From Thermovirgaceae bacterium (GTDB lineage Bacteria > Synergistota > Synergistia > Synergistales > Thermovirgaceae), in the NCBI GenBank assembly GCA_049974965.1, contig JBNGCT010000001.1, forward strand, positions 2,624 to 66,623: a stretch of DNA of 64,000 bases. Reading direction: 5' to 3'. The translations under genes were made by a program, and so were the position numbers. Position 1 is the first letter of the stretch. The number at the start of each line of letters is the position of its first letter. Shown piece after piece: positions 1 to 9,140 of the stretch. The notes beneath the pieces are model-generated. The model ran no database searches. It saw only the letters and a list, made by a program, of their open reading frames with translations, and was not told the DNA's origin.

Positions 1-116
1 GTTCCGGCGCGCAAACAAATACGGTGGGGGCGGAAGGGATCCTGCAGAAAGATTCTTTCCGCCTGGCATCGTCCGGCATTAAAAGCAAAATCGCATCGGT
101 GAATGGAGGGCGCGCG

Positions 117-626
117 ATGCTTGTTCTGTTTTTTTTCTCGATCAGCGCCGCGGCGATCACCTTCGGTATTGCCTACAGCTATGGCATCCGATATCCGGTA
201 CTTTTTCTCACCAAAGCCTTCCGTGGCGGACTTCAGGAGGAACAGCGCGACGCCCCTGAAACCGATAAGGAAGACGTCTGGGAAGAGAACATTCCACCCC
301 TTGCGGGAAAGCTTCTCTGGTATCCGTTACGGGCCGTCCTGTTTGTGGGAGAGACCTATATTCTGGCGGGATGGGGGGCTTATTGCGTGCTTCGGGCATA
401 TGAAGCGATAGAGAAAGCAGGCGTAAAACCCGGCTGGGGATATCATGTGGCGGCCTTCATCGTCTGTATCGGCGCACTGGGATATCTGGCACGGAAGGAA
501 CCGCGAAAGGATATCCTTTCAATCATTCAATCCTGCATCGGCATGGGGAGTTATATCGTGTTCTGCATAACCCCCGGGGCGCTTGCCACCTATTACCCGT
601 GGCTTCTCTCGTTTTTCAGATCATGA
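117..626 (+). CDS. Hypothetical multi-pass membrane protein
   Basis: ORF 24..626; ATG at 117 follows GGAGG; about four hydrophobic segments with an acidic loop; no recognised family. Confidence 0.7.
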   Translation: MLVLFFFSISAAAITFGIAYSYGIRYPVLFLTKAFRGGLQEEQRDAPETDKEDVWEENIPPLAGKLLWYPLRAVLFVGETYILAGWGAYCVLRAYEAIEKAGVKPGWGYHVAAFIVCIGALGYLARKEPRKDILSIIQSCIGMGSYIVFCITPGALATYYPWLLSFFRS

Positions 627-1652
627 TGAGTGGCTCATCCATTTCAAGGCGGAAGCCTTGAAATGAAGATATACATCGATTCCAGGCCTCAAACCCAGCT
701 TTTCCACGGATTGCCCTGTTACCACTGACGAAAGCAGTTTTTCAGCGACTTTCGCCTTGACGAGAACCTGACCGCTGCCGTTTTCAAGGGTCATTTCCGA
801 TATCGTTCCCCGAAGAGAATTTAAAGCCGAATCGGTCGCTGGTTTTTCCAGACAGATGATGATGTCCTCCGGGTCCAGGAGTGCCATTGATTCTTCCCCT
901 ACAGTCCCGGCACCGATGATGTACTGCCCGTCAGAAAGAGACAATGCCGAAAGACCGTCCCCGCAGGGTTCCCATTTGCCGGTGAGGATATTTTCCGGCA
1001 GGTCTTTAATCAATTTCCCCCTGAAAAGTGACAGAATCCGTTCTGCAACGCCATAGATCCAGGGAAGGTCATGAGTGACGACGACCAGCGTCGACCCCCA
1101 ATGATCCCGAGCCCTTAGAACGGCTTTCTGTATCATGTGGGCACTGGCGCTGTCAACGCTCGCCGTCGGCTCGTCCAGGAGTATGACTTTCGGTTTTAAC
1201 GCAAGACGTGATGCCATGGCCACGCGCTGCGCCTCTCCTCCTGAAAGCTGGAACCATTTCCTGTGTGTGAAATGAACGGGGTCCAGTCCGACCATTTCAA
1301 GAGCAGTTTTGACCTTTTTGTGAAGGCCGGAAGTTGTGCCACGCATCCTGAGCCCATAGGCAATGTTCTCAAAAACAGTTCGCTTCAGGAGGAAGGGGTT
1401 TTGAAGAAGCATCGTCACGTATCGCCTCTGGCTGTTGTCCTCGAAGCGGGCAGGCTCGTCACAAAAACGGACCATCCCCTCGTCGGGCTTTTCAAGCAGC
1501 GCGAGGATCCGTAACAGCGTGCTTTTTCCGCTTCCGTTCGGGCCGACGAGTCCGACGATTTCACCCTGGCGGATTTGCAGTTCGCCGATCTGCAGAACGA
1601 CTCTTGTGTCGTAAAGTTTCTTCACGCTGTCCAGTTCGTAGAGCACGGACAT
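621..1652 (-). CDS. tupC: Tungstate ABC transporter ATP-binding protein with C-terminal TOBE-like domain
   Basis: Walker A GPNGSGKST, LSGGE signature, ILLDEP; C-terminal SALNSLRGTI...LGLRPG...FKASA TOBE pattern; downstream of tupB. Confidence 0.9.
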   Translation of the reverse strand: MSVLYELDSVKKLYDTRVVLQIGELQIRQGEIVGLVGPNGSGKSTLLRILALLEKPDEGMVRFCDEPARFEDNSQRRYVTMLLQNPFLLKRTVFENIAYGLRMRGTTSGLHKKVKTALEMVGLDPVHFTHRKWFQLSGGEAQRVAMASRLALKPKVILLDEPTASVDSASAHMIQKAVLRARDHWGSTLVVVTHDLPWIYGVAERILSLFRGKLIKDLPENILTGKWEPCGDGLSALSLSDGQYIIGAGTVGEESMALLDPEDIIICLEKPATDSALNSLRGTISEMTLENGSGQVLVKAKVAEKLLSSVVTGQSVEKLGLRPGIDVYLHFKASALKWMSHSS

Positions 1653-1653
1653 T

Positions 1654-2343
1654 TCAGGCCCTCCTCCGCAGCACCGAAACTGCGGCATTGACGGCAAATG
1701 CGAGAGACAGGAGAACCACCCCGAGGGCGATACCCATGGAAAACTGTCCCTTTCCCGTCTCGAGGGCGATGGCCGTCGTGATGGTTCGGGTATGCCACTT
1801 GATGTTGCCGCCTACCATCATGGAGACGCCCACTTCCGAGATGACCCTGCCATAGGCGGTGACGGCGGCCACCATAATCGAGTACCTGCCTTCCCAGAGC
1901 GAGGACAAGGCCACCTGGCGGTCATTTGCTCCGAGAGTCCGCAGTGTCAGCCGTAGCTTGGGGTCGAGTTCTTCCACGGCGCTCGCCGTCAGGGAAATAA
2001 TAATTGGAAGAGCGAGGATGAATTGTCCGATGGCAATCCCCGGAACGGTGAAAAGAAGTTCCATCTCGCCGAGAGGGCCCCTGTTCGAAACAAAGGCGTA
2101 GACGAGTAATCCGACAACAACGGTCGGCAGTGCGAGAAGGGTGTCGACGATAGTTCTCAGGGCGTTCTTGCCCGGAAAGGGGCCGAAACCAAGAAGAAAA
2201 CCCAGGGGAATTCCCGCGAGAAGGCTTGCAGCTATTGAAAGCGTGGAAACTTTCAGCGTCGTCGCAACGGCCGAGTAGGTTTCCTCATGGCCCGTCAGCA
2301 GAAGGCGAAAGGCCCCCAAAAGCCCTTCGAGAATGTAGTCCAT
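1654..2343 (-). CDS. tupB: Tungstate ABC transporter permease
   Basis: LPTVVVGL, GRVISEVGVSMMVGGNIKWHTRTITTAIALET typical of TupB. Confidence 0.93.
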   Translation of the reverse strand: MDYILEGLLGAFRLLLTGHEETYSAVATTLKVSTLSIAASLLAGIPLGFLLGFGPFPGKNALRTIVDTLLALPTVVVGLLVYAFVSNRGPLGEMELLFTVPGIAIGQFILALPIIISLTASAVEELDPKLRLTLRTLGANDRQVALSSLWEGRYSIMVAAVTAYGRVISEVGVSMMVGGNIKWHTRTITTAIALETGKGQFSMGIALGVVLLSLAFAVNAAVSVLRRRA

Positions 2344-2369
2344 CGTTTCACTCCCCGCAAATAAAGCTC

Positions 2370-2396
2370 GGCGCCGGATGCGCGGGATCCGGCGCC
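2370..2396. other. GC-rich 10-bp hairpin between tupA and tupB (possible mRNA-stabilising or attenuating element)
   Basis: GGCGCCGGAT-7 nt-ATCCGGCGCC perfect inverted repeat; weak T-tract on the minus strand. Confidence 0.5.
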
Positions 2397-2466
2397 TGGC
2401 TTTTGGGTTATTTGTCTTGAATGCTCTTTCTGTGCTTCGCCGTTATCCGGCCTTCTGCCACGAAAG

Positions 2467-3291
2467 CTACTTTGCGTTCGGGGTAAAAAGCTGCTTCCCA
2501 AGGAGCCTGAAGTCGGCGATTTTCTGCTGGGCCTCGTCGGAAACCATCCACTCGATAAAATTCATGGCGAGGTCATATTTGACGTTTCCACAACGCTCGG
2601 GGTTGACGGCCATGACGCTGTACTGGTTGAAGAGCGACTCGTCGCCTTCCACAAGGATCACGAGAGGCGGGTTGCCATCGTGATTTGCTTCGTACTTGAT
2701 AAATGTTCCCCTGTCAGTAAGGGTGTAGGCGTCGCGTTCCGCAGCAATATTAATGGTATTGATCATTCCCTGTCCGGTCTGTATGTACCAGGATTCCTTG
2801 TCGGGTTCCTGGATTCCGGCATTTCCCCAAAGGCCGAGTTCTTTCGAGTGAGTCCCGGAATTGTCGCCGCGGCTCGCAAAGGGCGCCTCTTTCAAGCGGA
2901 CCGTCTTCAGCGCTTCGAGGACGGTCATGCCTTTGACTCCGGCAGGATCGCCAGGCGGTCCGATGATGACAAAATCATTGTACATGACCTGGTGCCGATC
3001 CGTCCCGTAGCCATCGGCAACGTACGCCTTTTCGAGGTCCGGCGCATGGACGAGCAGTACGTCGACATCACAGTTTTTCCCAAGTTCCAGTGCCTTTCCT
3101 GTTCCAACAGCGGTCCATCGGAGCTCGATGCCCGTGGCTTCCTGAAAGGCTGGTGCCAGCTCGTCGAGGAGTCCCGTATTGTCCGTGCTGGTTGTGGTGG
3201 CCATCGTGAGAACAGGCGTCTCCGCAAAAACGGCAAAAGACGCCGAAACGGTGAGGCCCAAAGCAAGTAAAATGGTCAGAAACCTTTTCAT
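2467..3291 (-). CDS. tupA: Tungstate ABC transporter substrate-binding protein
   Basis: Signal peptide, TTTS tungstate-binding motif (ATTTSTDNTGLL), GTGKAL, SRGDNSGTH. Confidence 0.95.
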   Translation of the reverse strand: MKRFLTILLALGLTVSASFAVFAETPVLTMATTTSTDNTGLLDELAPAFQEATGIELRWTAVGTGKALELGKNCDVDVLLVHAPDLEKAYVADGYGTDRHQVMYNDFVIIGPPGDPAGVKGMTVLEALKTVRLKEAPFASRGDNSGTHSKELGLWGNAGIQEPDKESWYIQTGQGMINTINIAAERDAYTLTDRGTFIKYEANHDGNPPLVILVEGDESLFNQYSVMAVNPERCGNVKYDLAMNFIEWMVSDEAQQKIADFRLLGKQLFTPNAK

Positions 3292-3358
3292 GAGCTATTC
3301 CTCCCTTTTCTTTCCTCGGCAAAGTGCTGGAAACCAATTGAAGCCTCCCGTCTCTTTC

Positions 3359-3386
3359 AAAAAAAGACCGCCAGGAAGGCGGCCTT
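3359..3386 (-). terminator. Intrinsic terminator of the riboswitch expression platform
   Basis: Minus strand AAGGCCGCC-TTCCT-GGCGGTCTTTTTTT, directly 3' of the aptamer. Confidence 0.8.
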
Positions 3387-3391
3387 GTCAT

Positions 3392-3509
3392 TTGTCGGCT
3401 CGAACCCTCCTTTCCAAACACGGGAGGCATTCCTGTTTCCAGGAATACCCTACGGCCCGGCTCCATTGGTAAAAACCGGCAGGAGCTAGGGCTCGGAGGT
3501 CACCGACAA
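3392..3509 (-). ncRNA. Moco/Wco (molybdenum/tungsten cofactor) riboswitch-like motif
   Basis: Minus strand CTCCGAGC...GGGTATTCCTGGAAACAGGAATGCCTCCCGTGTTTGGAAAGGAG matches the recalled Moco RNA core; closing stem TTGTCGG/CCGACAA; lies upstream of tupA. Confidence 0.88.
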
Positions 3510-3637
3510 GGTAGCATATCCGGCGGTGGTAGGCAATGGAAGGTCTTTCAGGTATCTTGAAACCATACGTGATGGACAACAGAAATATTTCTGAAGTTTG
3601 GCAGTTTCGGCAATGCCATCTGAAAGGAGCGGTTTTC

Positions 3638-4798
3638 ATGGTTGAGAAAGATCGTTCGGAAATAACAGGTTCCGGTATCACCCGTCCGGAGGTACCGCCG
3701 ATTTATGCCACGTCGGTTTTCTCCTTTGATACGCTTGAGGACGTGGATGCCGTTTACGAAGGCAAAAAGCGGGGTTACGTCTATTCCAGAATGGCTAATC
3801 CGACGGTTGTTGCCCTTGAAGAAAGACTTGCCGGAACAGAGGGAGCACAAGGGGCCCTTGCATTTTCGTCAGGCATGGCCGCTATCACGACGACCCTCTT
3901 CTCTCTTGTCAGACCCGGTGACCACGTTTTGGCTTCAAGTGTGCTTTACGGGGGGACATACGCTGTATTTTCCGATTTTCTCCCTTCCTGGGGTGTCCAT
4001 GTTGAATTTCTTGAAGATCTTGAGCCTTCGAAGGTTGTCTCCTCTTACAGAGAGAACACCCGGATGGTTTATCTGGAAACCATCTCAAACCCTTTGATGG
4101 AAGTGGTGGATATCCCGAAAATCTGTGACGCGGCGGCCGAAGACGGAGTCCTCGTTGTGGTGGACAACACCTTTGCATCGCCGAGACTTTTCCGACCCGT
4201 GCCGGAAGGCGCGGACATCGTACTGGAAAGTCTCACCAAATACCTGAACGGCCACAGTGACGTAACGGGAGGCATGGCAGGAGGTTCCACAGAGCTGATG
4301 GAAAAAATCCAGAAAATGCGGTCTTTGCTTGGAGGCAGCCTGAGCCCCTTCGAGGCATGGCTGGTGCTCAGGGGACTTCGTACGTTTCCCCTGAGGATGG
4401 AAAAGCATTCGGAAAACGCACATTACCTGGCCAAAAATCTTCAAAAACATCCCGCAGTGAAAAAGGTTTACTATCCAGGACTCCAAACGCACAAATCTTA
4501 CGGCATTGCCAGAAAGATACTTCAAGACGGTTTTGGTGGAATGCTGTCTTTTGAACTGGAAGGCGGGGAAAAAGCCGTTTCCAGCCTGGTCAAAAGCCTC
4601 GAAAATGTCGAGTTTCTTCCCAGCCTTGCTGCGCCGTCGACCACAATTTCGCATCCTGCAAAAACTTCTCACCGGTCGATGCCTCAAAAAGAGCGGGAGA
4701 AGGCGGGGATTACAGGAGGCCTTTTGCGTCTTTCAGGTGGAATTGAAAGACCACAGACGGTATGGGAAGATTTGAAGCAGGCTCTGGACCAAATCTAG
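3638..4798 (+). CDS. Cys/Met metabolism PLP-dependent enzyme (cystathionine gamma-synthase/lyase, methionine gamma-lyase family)
   Basis: PPIYATSVF, YSRMANPT, FSSGMAA, VVDNTFA, SLTKYLNGHSDV (PLP lysine); ATG 3638 after AAGGAG. Confidence 0.9.
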   Translation: MVEKDRSEITGSGITRPEVPPIYATSVFSFDTLEDVDAVYEGKKRGYVYSRMANPTVVALEERLAGTEGAQGALAFSSGMAAITTTLFSLVRPGDHVLASSVLYGGTYAVFSDFLPSWGVHVEFLEDLEPSKVVSSYRENTRMVYLETISNPLMEVVDIPKICDAAAEDGVLVVVDNTFASPRLFRPVPEGADIVLESLTKYLNGHSDVTGGMAGGSTELMEKIQKMRSLLGGSLSPFEAWLVLRGLRTFPLRMEKHSENAHYLAKNLQKHPAVKKVYYPGLQTHKSYGIARKILQDGFGGMLSFELEGGEKAVSSLVKSLENVEFLPSLAAPSTTISHPAKTSHRSMPQKEREKAGITGGLLRLSGGIERPQTVWEDLKQALDQI

Positions 4799-4840
4799 AA
4801 GAGGAAAAGGCACTTCACGAAGAAGGGGAGTCTGGTAAAA

Positions 4841-5833
4841 ATGAAAAAGTCGAAAAGCGTCGTTGTCACCTTTCATCCTGAAAAAGGGTGGGAAGACCCG
4901 ATACACGAGACACTGAAAGATGTGGCCGACGTATTTTACCTGGAGACCCTGGAAGGGGCGGAACGCCGGAAACACCTGGAAGACGCTGACGCTCTCCTGG
5001 CGTTCATGGTTCATAATGAACTCAAGCAGGAAGAGTTCCTCCTGCTTCGCGAGGGTACGATGATACAGACCCTTTTGGCGGGAGTCGATGCGGTTCCCTA
5101 CGACGTGCTGCCCGGTTCCGTGACGATTTGCGCCAATGCCGGAGCATGGGCCGAACCTATGGCTGAGCATATCGTAGGGATGATGCTCGCTCTAGGGAAA
5201 AACTTCCTGAAGTGTCACAAGAAATTGACCGAGGGTGAATTCTACCGTGATGTTTACAATACCTGGTTTCAGGGAAAAACTGCGGGAATTATAGGATTTG
5301 GCGGAATCGGCAAGGCTACTGCACGGCTTATGAAGGCTTTCGGGATGAAAATCATGGCCATAAACACCAGCGGGAAGACCGATGAAAGCGTTGAATTTAT
5401 CGGGACGACGGCCGACCTCAAACGGGTTCTGTCGGGATCTGACGTGATCGTTGTTTCCGTACCGCTGACACGGTATACGAAAGGGCTCATCGGGAAAGAT
5501 GAACTGGAAGAAATGAAACCTGACGCGATCCTCATCAATCCCGCCAGGGGGCCGATCATTGATGAAAAGGCACTTTACGAACACATGGTCGAAAACCCCG
5601 ATTTCAAGGTGGGGATTGATGCCTGGTGGGTCGAGCCACACGTTCACGGTGAATTCAAAATAAACTACCCTTTTTTCGAACTGGAAAACATCCTGGGGTC
5701 ACCTCACAACACCAACCTGGTGCCGGAAATATACCCCATAGCCGTACGACGTGCGGCGGAGAACGTGCGTAGATTCCTTGAAGGGAAGAAACCGAAAGGA
5801 ATCGTCGATCCGGCCGATTACGAGTTTCTGTGA
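4841..5833 (+). CDS. D-isomer-specific 2-hydroxyacid dehydrogenase
   Basis: GIIGFGGIG Rossmann motif, INPARG, DAWWVEP, SPH catalytic His. Confidence 0.9.
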   Translation: MKKSKSVVVTFHPEKGWEDPIHETLKDVADVFYLETLEGAERRKHLEDADALLAFMVHNELKQEEFLLLREGTMIQTLLAGVDAVPYDVLPGSVTICANAGAWAEPMAEHIVGMMLALGKNFLKCHKKLTEGEFYRDVYNTWFQGKTAGIIGFGGIGKATARLMKAFGMKIMAINTSGKTDESVEFIGTTADLKRVLSGSDVIVVSVPLTRYTKGLIGKDELEEMKPDAILINPARGPIIDEKALYEHMVENPDFKVGIDAWWVEPHVHGEFKINYPFFELENILGSPHNTNLVPEIYPIAVRRAAENVRRFLEGKKPKGIVDPADYEFL

Positions 5834-7089
5834 CCGAAAAAGGCTCCGGAAGCCGCTGAAACTCCGGCAACATGGCCTGTAGTCCAGCACGCCTGAAGGT
5901 TGTACCCGCCTGTGGGAGCGTCGAGGTCGAGTATTTCTCCCGCAAAATAGAGGTTTTCGACCAGCTTCGATGCCATGGTCCGCGGATCGACCTCGTCGAG
6001 CAGGATCCCGCCGGAAGTTACAAGAGACCATTCGAACCCGAGCAGGGACATAGGCTTCAGCGGAAGGGCTTTCAGCAGCCTGAGAACCTGGAGCCTTTCC
6101 TTTTTGGTCAATGTCGCCGCCTTCCGGTCAATCGGGACCGAGCAGAGCCTGGCGAAAGGAGTGATCAACTTTCGGGGAAGAAGGGTCTTCAAAACCATTC
6201 CGAAGTCGGCTGATGCTGCTCCGTCAAGTTCGCGGAGGAGCCTTTTGTCCAGCGTAGAAGCGTCCACTGCGGGCTTCAGGTCAAGGCTCAGTAACGCCTT
6301 ATCGTGGTTTCTCAAAGCTTTTCCGATGGCTCGGGACAAATCCATACCTATGGGGCCGCTGATGCCAAAAGGCGTAAAGTCAAGGTCTCCGAAGCGGGAT
6401 TCAATTTCTTTCTTTCCGGTGAAAAGGGTCAGACGGACGTTCTTCAGCGACAGGCCCGACACTTCAGGTATCCATTCATCTGCCAACCTGACAGGCACCA
6501 GGGCGGGGATTGTCTCGGTAACGGTATGTCCCATGGCTTTTGCCCACCTGTACCCGTCACCGGTGGAACCCGTTCGTGGGTACGAAAGTCCGCCAGTTGT
6601 TACGATGTATCGGCCGGCCTTGATGATGGACCCGTCATGCAAAACGGCGCCGTCGATTTGCCCGTCTTCGGTCGCGAGATCAGCTACGGGCGAACGGCCC
6701 CGGAAAATGCCTCCACCTTGGCGAAAAGCCTCCATAAGTCGGTTTCGCACGTCTTGTGCGCCACCAGAACCGGGGAAAACACGTTTACCGCGCTCCGTTT
6801 TGAGTGGAAGACGGAGTGATGCAAAAAAGGCGAGGGTTTCCTCGAAGCCGAACCTGGAGAGGGCGGAATGCAGGAAACGGCCGTTTTCCCGGAAGGCTTC
6901 GATGATGTCTTTTTCCGATTTCACGGCGTGAGCGAGATTGCATCGTCCTTTTCCCGTCAGGAGCAGTTTCTCGCCGGCTTCTGGGTTTTTTTCTATCAGA
7001 ATCACCCGTGCCCCTGACGAGGCGGCGGCTATTCCCGCCTTAAGCCCTGCAGGGCCTGCTCCGATGATACATATGTCAAAAGAAGTCAT
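5818..7089 (-). CDS. HI0933/YhiN (BaiN-like) NAD(P)/FAD-dependent oxidoreductase
   Basis: IIGAGPAG, KLLLTGKGRCN, TGGLSYPRTGSTGDG, GEILDLDAPTGGYNLQ. Confidence 0.92.
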   Translation of the reverse strand: MTSFDICIIGAGPAGLKAGIAAASSGARVILIEKNPEAGEKLLLTGKGRCNLAHAVKSEKDIIEAFRENGRFLHSALSRFGFEETLAFFASLRLPLKTERGKRVFPGSGGAQDVRNRLMEAFRQGGGIFRGRSPVADLATEDGQIDGAVLHDGSIIKAGRYIVTTGGLSYPRTGSTGDGYRWAKAMGHTVTETIPALVPVRLADEWIPEVSGLSLKNVRLTLFTGKKEIESRFGDLDFTPFGISGPIGMDLSRAIGKALRNHDKALLSLDLKPAVDASTLDKRLLRELDGAASADFGMVLKTLLPRKLITPFARLCSVPIDRKAATLTKKERLQVLRLLKALPLKPMSLLGFEWSLVTSGGILLDEVDPRTMASKLVENLYFAGEILDLDAPTGGYNLQACWTTGHVAGVSAASGAFFGHRNS

Positions 7090-7223
7090 GGATTCATCTC
7101 CATTGTTTTTCTCCCTCCGCCACCGTCGCGGCGTCGATCTTTTTATCCTACAACCCGTGCGTCATCTCTTCCAGTCATGTATACTTTTTTCGGTAAGATT
7201 TTGGTAGAGCAGGAGGCTGAACC

Positions 7224-8381
7224 ATGAATGCAGGGAAATATTTCAGTTTTGTGCTGCCCACGCGGATAGAGTTTGGAAGAGGCAGTCTTTCAAAACTCCC
7301 CGGAGTCCTCGAAGAGCTTCAGGTGAAAAAAACGCTTCTTGTCACCGACCCCGGCGTCAGGAAAGCCGGCATCCTGGAAGAAGTCGAGAAACACCTTGAA
7401 GGAAGAGGCATCGGCTTCGAAATATTTGACGACGTCGAGGCGAACCCGAAAGACAGAAACGTCGAAACGGGAGCAAGGGCTTTGGCCCGGATGGAAGGCG
7501 ATGCAATCGTGGCTGTAGGAGGCGGAAGTCCCATCGATTGCGCAAAGGCCATGGCCATCGTGGCATCCCTCGGCGGAAAGGCGCGGGATTATGAGGGCAG
7601 GGGCAAAGTCAACGCACCCGTCATTCCGATCATTGCCGTTCCGACAACGGCGGGAACGGGAAGCGAAGTGACGTTCAGTTCGGTGATCACGGACACGAAG
7701 GAATCTTTCAAGTTCAGCATACGGGATACGTCGATTGCTCCGCAGGTGGCTCTAGCGGATCCCCTATTGACGGTTTCGATGCCTTCGTCCCTGACGGCGT
7801 CAACGGGAATGGACGCGCTGACTCACGCCATCGAGGGATATACGGCTCTCGTTTCCGAACCGATCGCCGATGCCTGCGCCCTGGAAGCAGTTTCATACAT
7901 ATCGCGCAACATCAGGCGCGCCGTGCAGGACGGGAGCGATGAAAGCGCCCGCTCGGGAATGCTTGTGGGAAGCCTTCTTGCCGGCATCGCCTTCAGTCAC
8001 TCCGACGTGGCCTCTGTTCATTGTATTGCCGAAGCCCTGGGGGGAATGTACGATGCGCCGCACGGCACCTGCAATGCAATCGCCCTCCCCGCTGTAATGG
8101 AATACAACCTCGAATGGTGTACGGAAGGTTATGCACGGATCGCCGAAGCAATGGGGATCCCCTTCAGGGAAAACACTGAAGGGGCAAAGGCAGCGGTGGA
8201 GGCAGTGAAACGGATGGCCCGTGACGTCGGTCTTCCGGTTTTCCGTTCCCTGGGCGTACGGGAAAAAGACCTGCAGGAGATTGCGGAAAAATCCTTCAAA
8301 AACGGGAGCAATTCGAGCAACCCCAGGCCGATGGAGATCACCGATTACCTGAATGTGCTGGAGGTCCTCATGAAGGGCTGA
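7224..8381 (+). CDS. Iron-containing alcohol dehydrogenase
   Basis: GGGSPIDCAK, PTTAGTGSE, DALTHAIE, metal-binding H...HG. Confidence 0.93.
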   Translation: MNAGKYFSFVLPTRIEFGRGSLSKLPGVLEELQVKKTLLVTDPGVRKAGILEEVEKHLEGRGIGFEIFDDVEANPKDRNVETGARALARMEGDAIVAVGGGSPIDCAKAMAIVASLGGKARDYEGRGKVNAPVIPIIAVPTTAGTGSEVTFSSVITDTKESFKFSIRDTSIAPQVALADPLLTVSMPSSLTASTGMDALTHAIEGYTALVSEPIADACALEAVSYISRNIRRAVQDGSDESARSGMLVGSLLAGIAFSHSDVASVHCIAEALGGMYDAPHGTCNAIALPAVMEYNLEWCTEGYARIAEAMGIPFRENTEGAKAAVEAVKRMARDVGLPVFRSLGVREKDLQEIAEKSFKNGSNSSNPRPMEITDYLNVLEVLMKG

Positions 8382-8392
8382 TTCCCCCTCTT

Positions 8393-8995
8393 TTATTCAT
8401 CCTCCGGCCATGCTCCGGATGTTTCTGCGAATTCATAGAGCCCCGATACAATCTCCGCAAGAACGGGGTCCGTGCGACGGGGTAGGTCTGTTCGTGAAAA
8501 GGTGCGTTCTTTTTTGATTCCGTTTTCTTTCCAGGACCTACCCCCGGAAATGCAGTTTTGTGAAAATCCCTGAAGGTGATCCAGAGACTTTGCAAAGCGG
8601 GCATCGGGGGTCTCTGTGGCTTCGAATTCGATCCAGAGTTCATGCAGCCAGTTTCCGAGATCTTCCGGCAAGCGCGAAAAAAGTTTCTCCGCCGCCTCTT
8701 TTTCGCGCTGATTTTGTGTGGAAACGCCTTCGGTGTCATAGGCGTAGGTATCGCCGGCGTAGATTTCGACAAGGTCGTGCACAAGAATGAGACACAGCAC
8801 ATGCCCGAGGTCGACCGACAGATCGACCTCGCGATGGAGCAGCAGGGCCCACAGGGCGGTATGCCACATGTGTTCCGCGTCATTTTCATGACGGTTCGTC
8901 CCTCCGACGTAGCCCGCTCTCTCAATCGTCTTGACCCGGTCAATCAAAAACAGAAAATCCACAATGCGGCGATTTCTTGAGCGAATCATGGGCAT
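8393..8995 (-). CDS. HD-domain hydrolase (HDDC2/YfbR-like)
   Basis: R..ENDAEH, VHDLVEIYAGD, E.E..ETPDARFAK.LD. Confidence 0.9.
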   Translation of the reverse strand: MPMIRSRNRRIVDFLFLIDRVKTIERAGYVGGTNRHENDAEHMWHTALWALLLHREVDLSVDLGHVLCLILVHDLVEIYAGDTYAYDTEGVSTQNQREKEAAEKLFSRLPEDLGNWLHELWIEFEATETPDARFAKSLDHLQGFSQNCISGGRSWKENGIKKERTFSRTDLPRRTDPVLAEIVSGLYEFAETSGAWPEDE

Positions 8996-9140
8996 TTATC
9001 CCTCCTGAAACAAATTTTCACGAAAGCCCTTGTTGCGTGAATATCCTCTGGGACTTTTTGGAAACATCAGGAACTTATGGTATACCTTTTTACAGGAACA
9101 TGTCACGAACAGATAAAAACCGCAAAAAGGAGAATGATCC

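Noticed and set aside
9017-9041. TTCACG-N13-CGTGAA inverted repeat between the HD gene and the PLP enzyme
   Set aside because: Only 6-bp arms; not distinguishable from chance without comparative data
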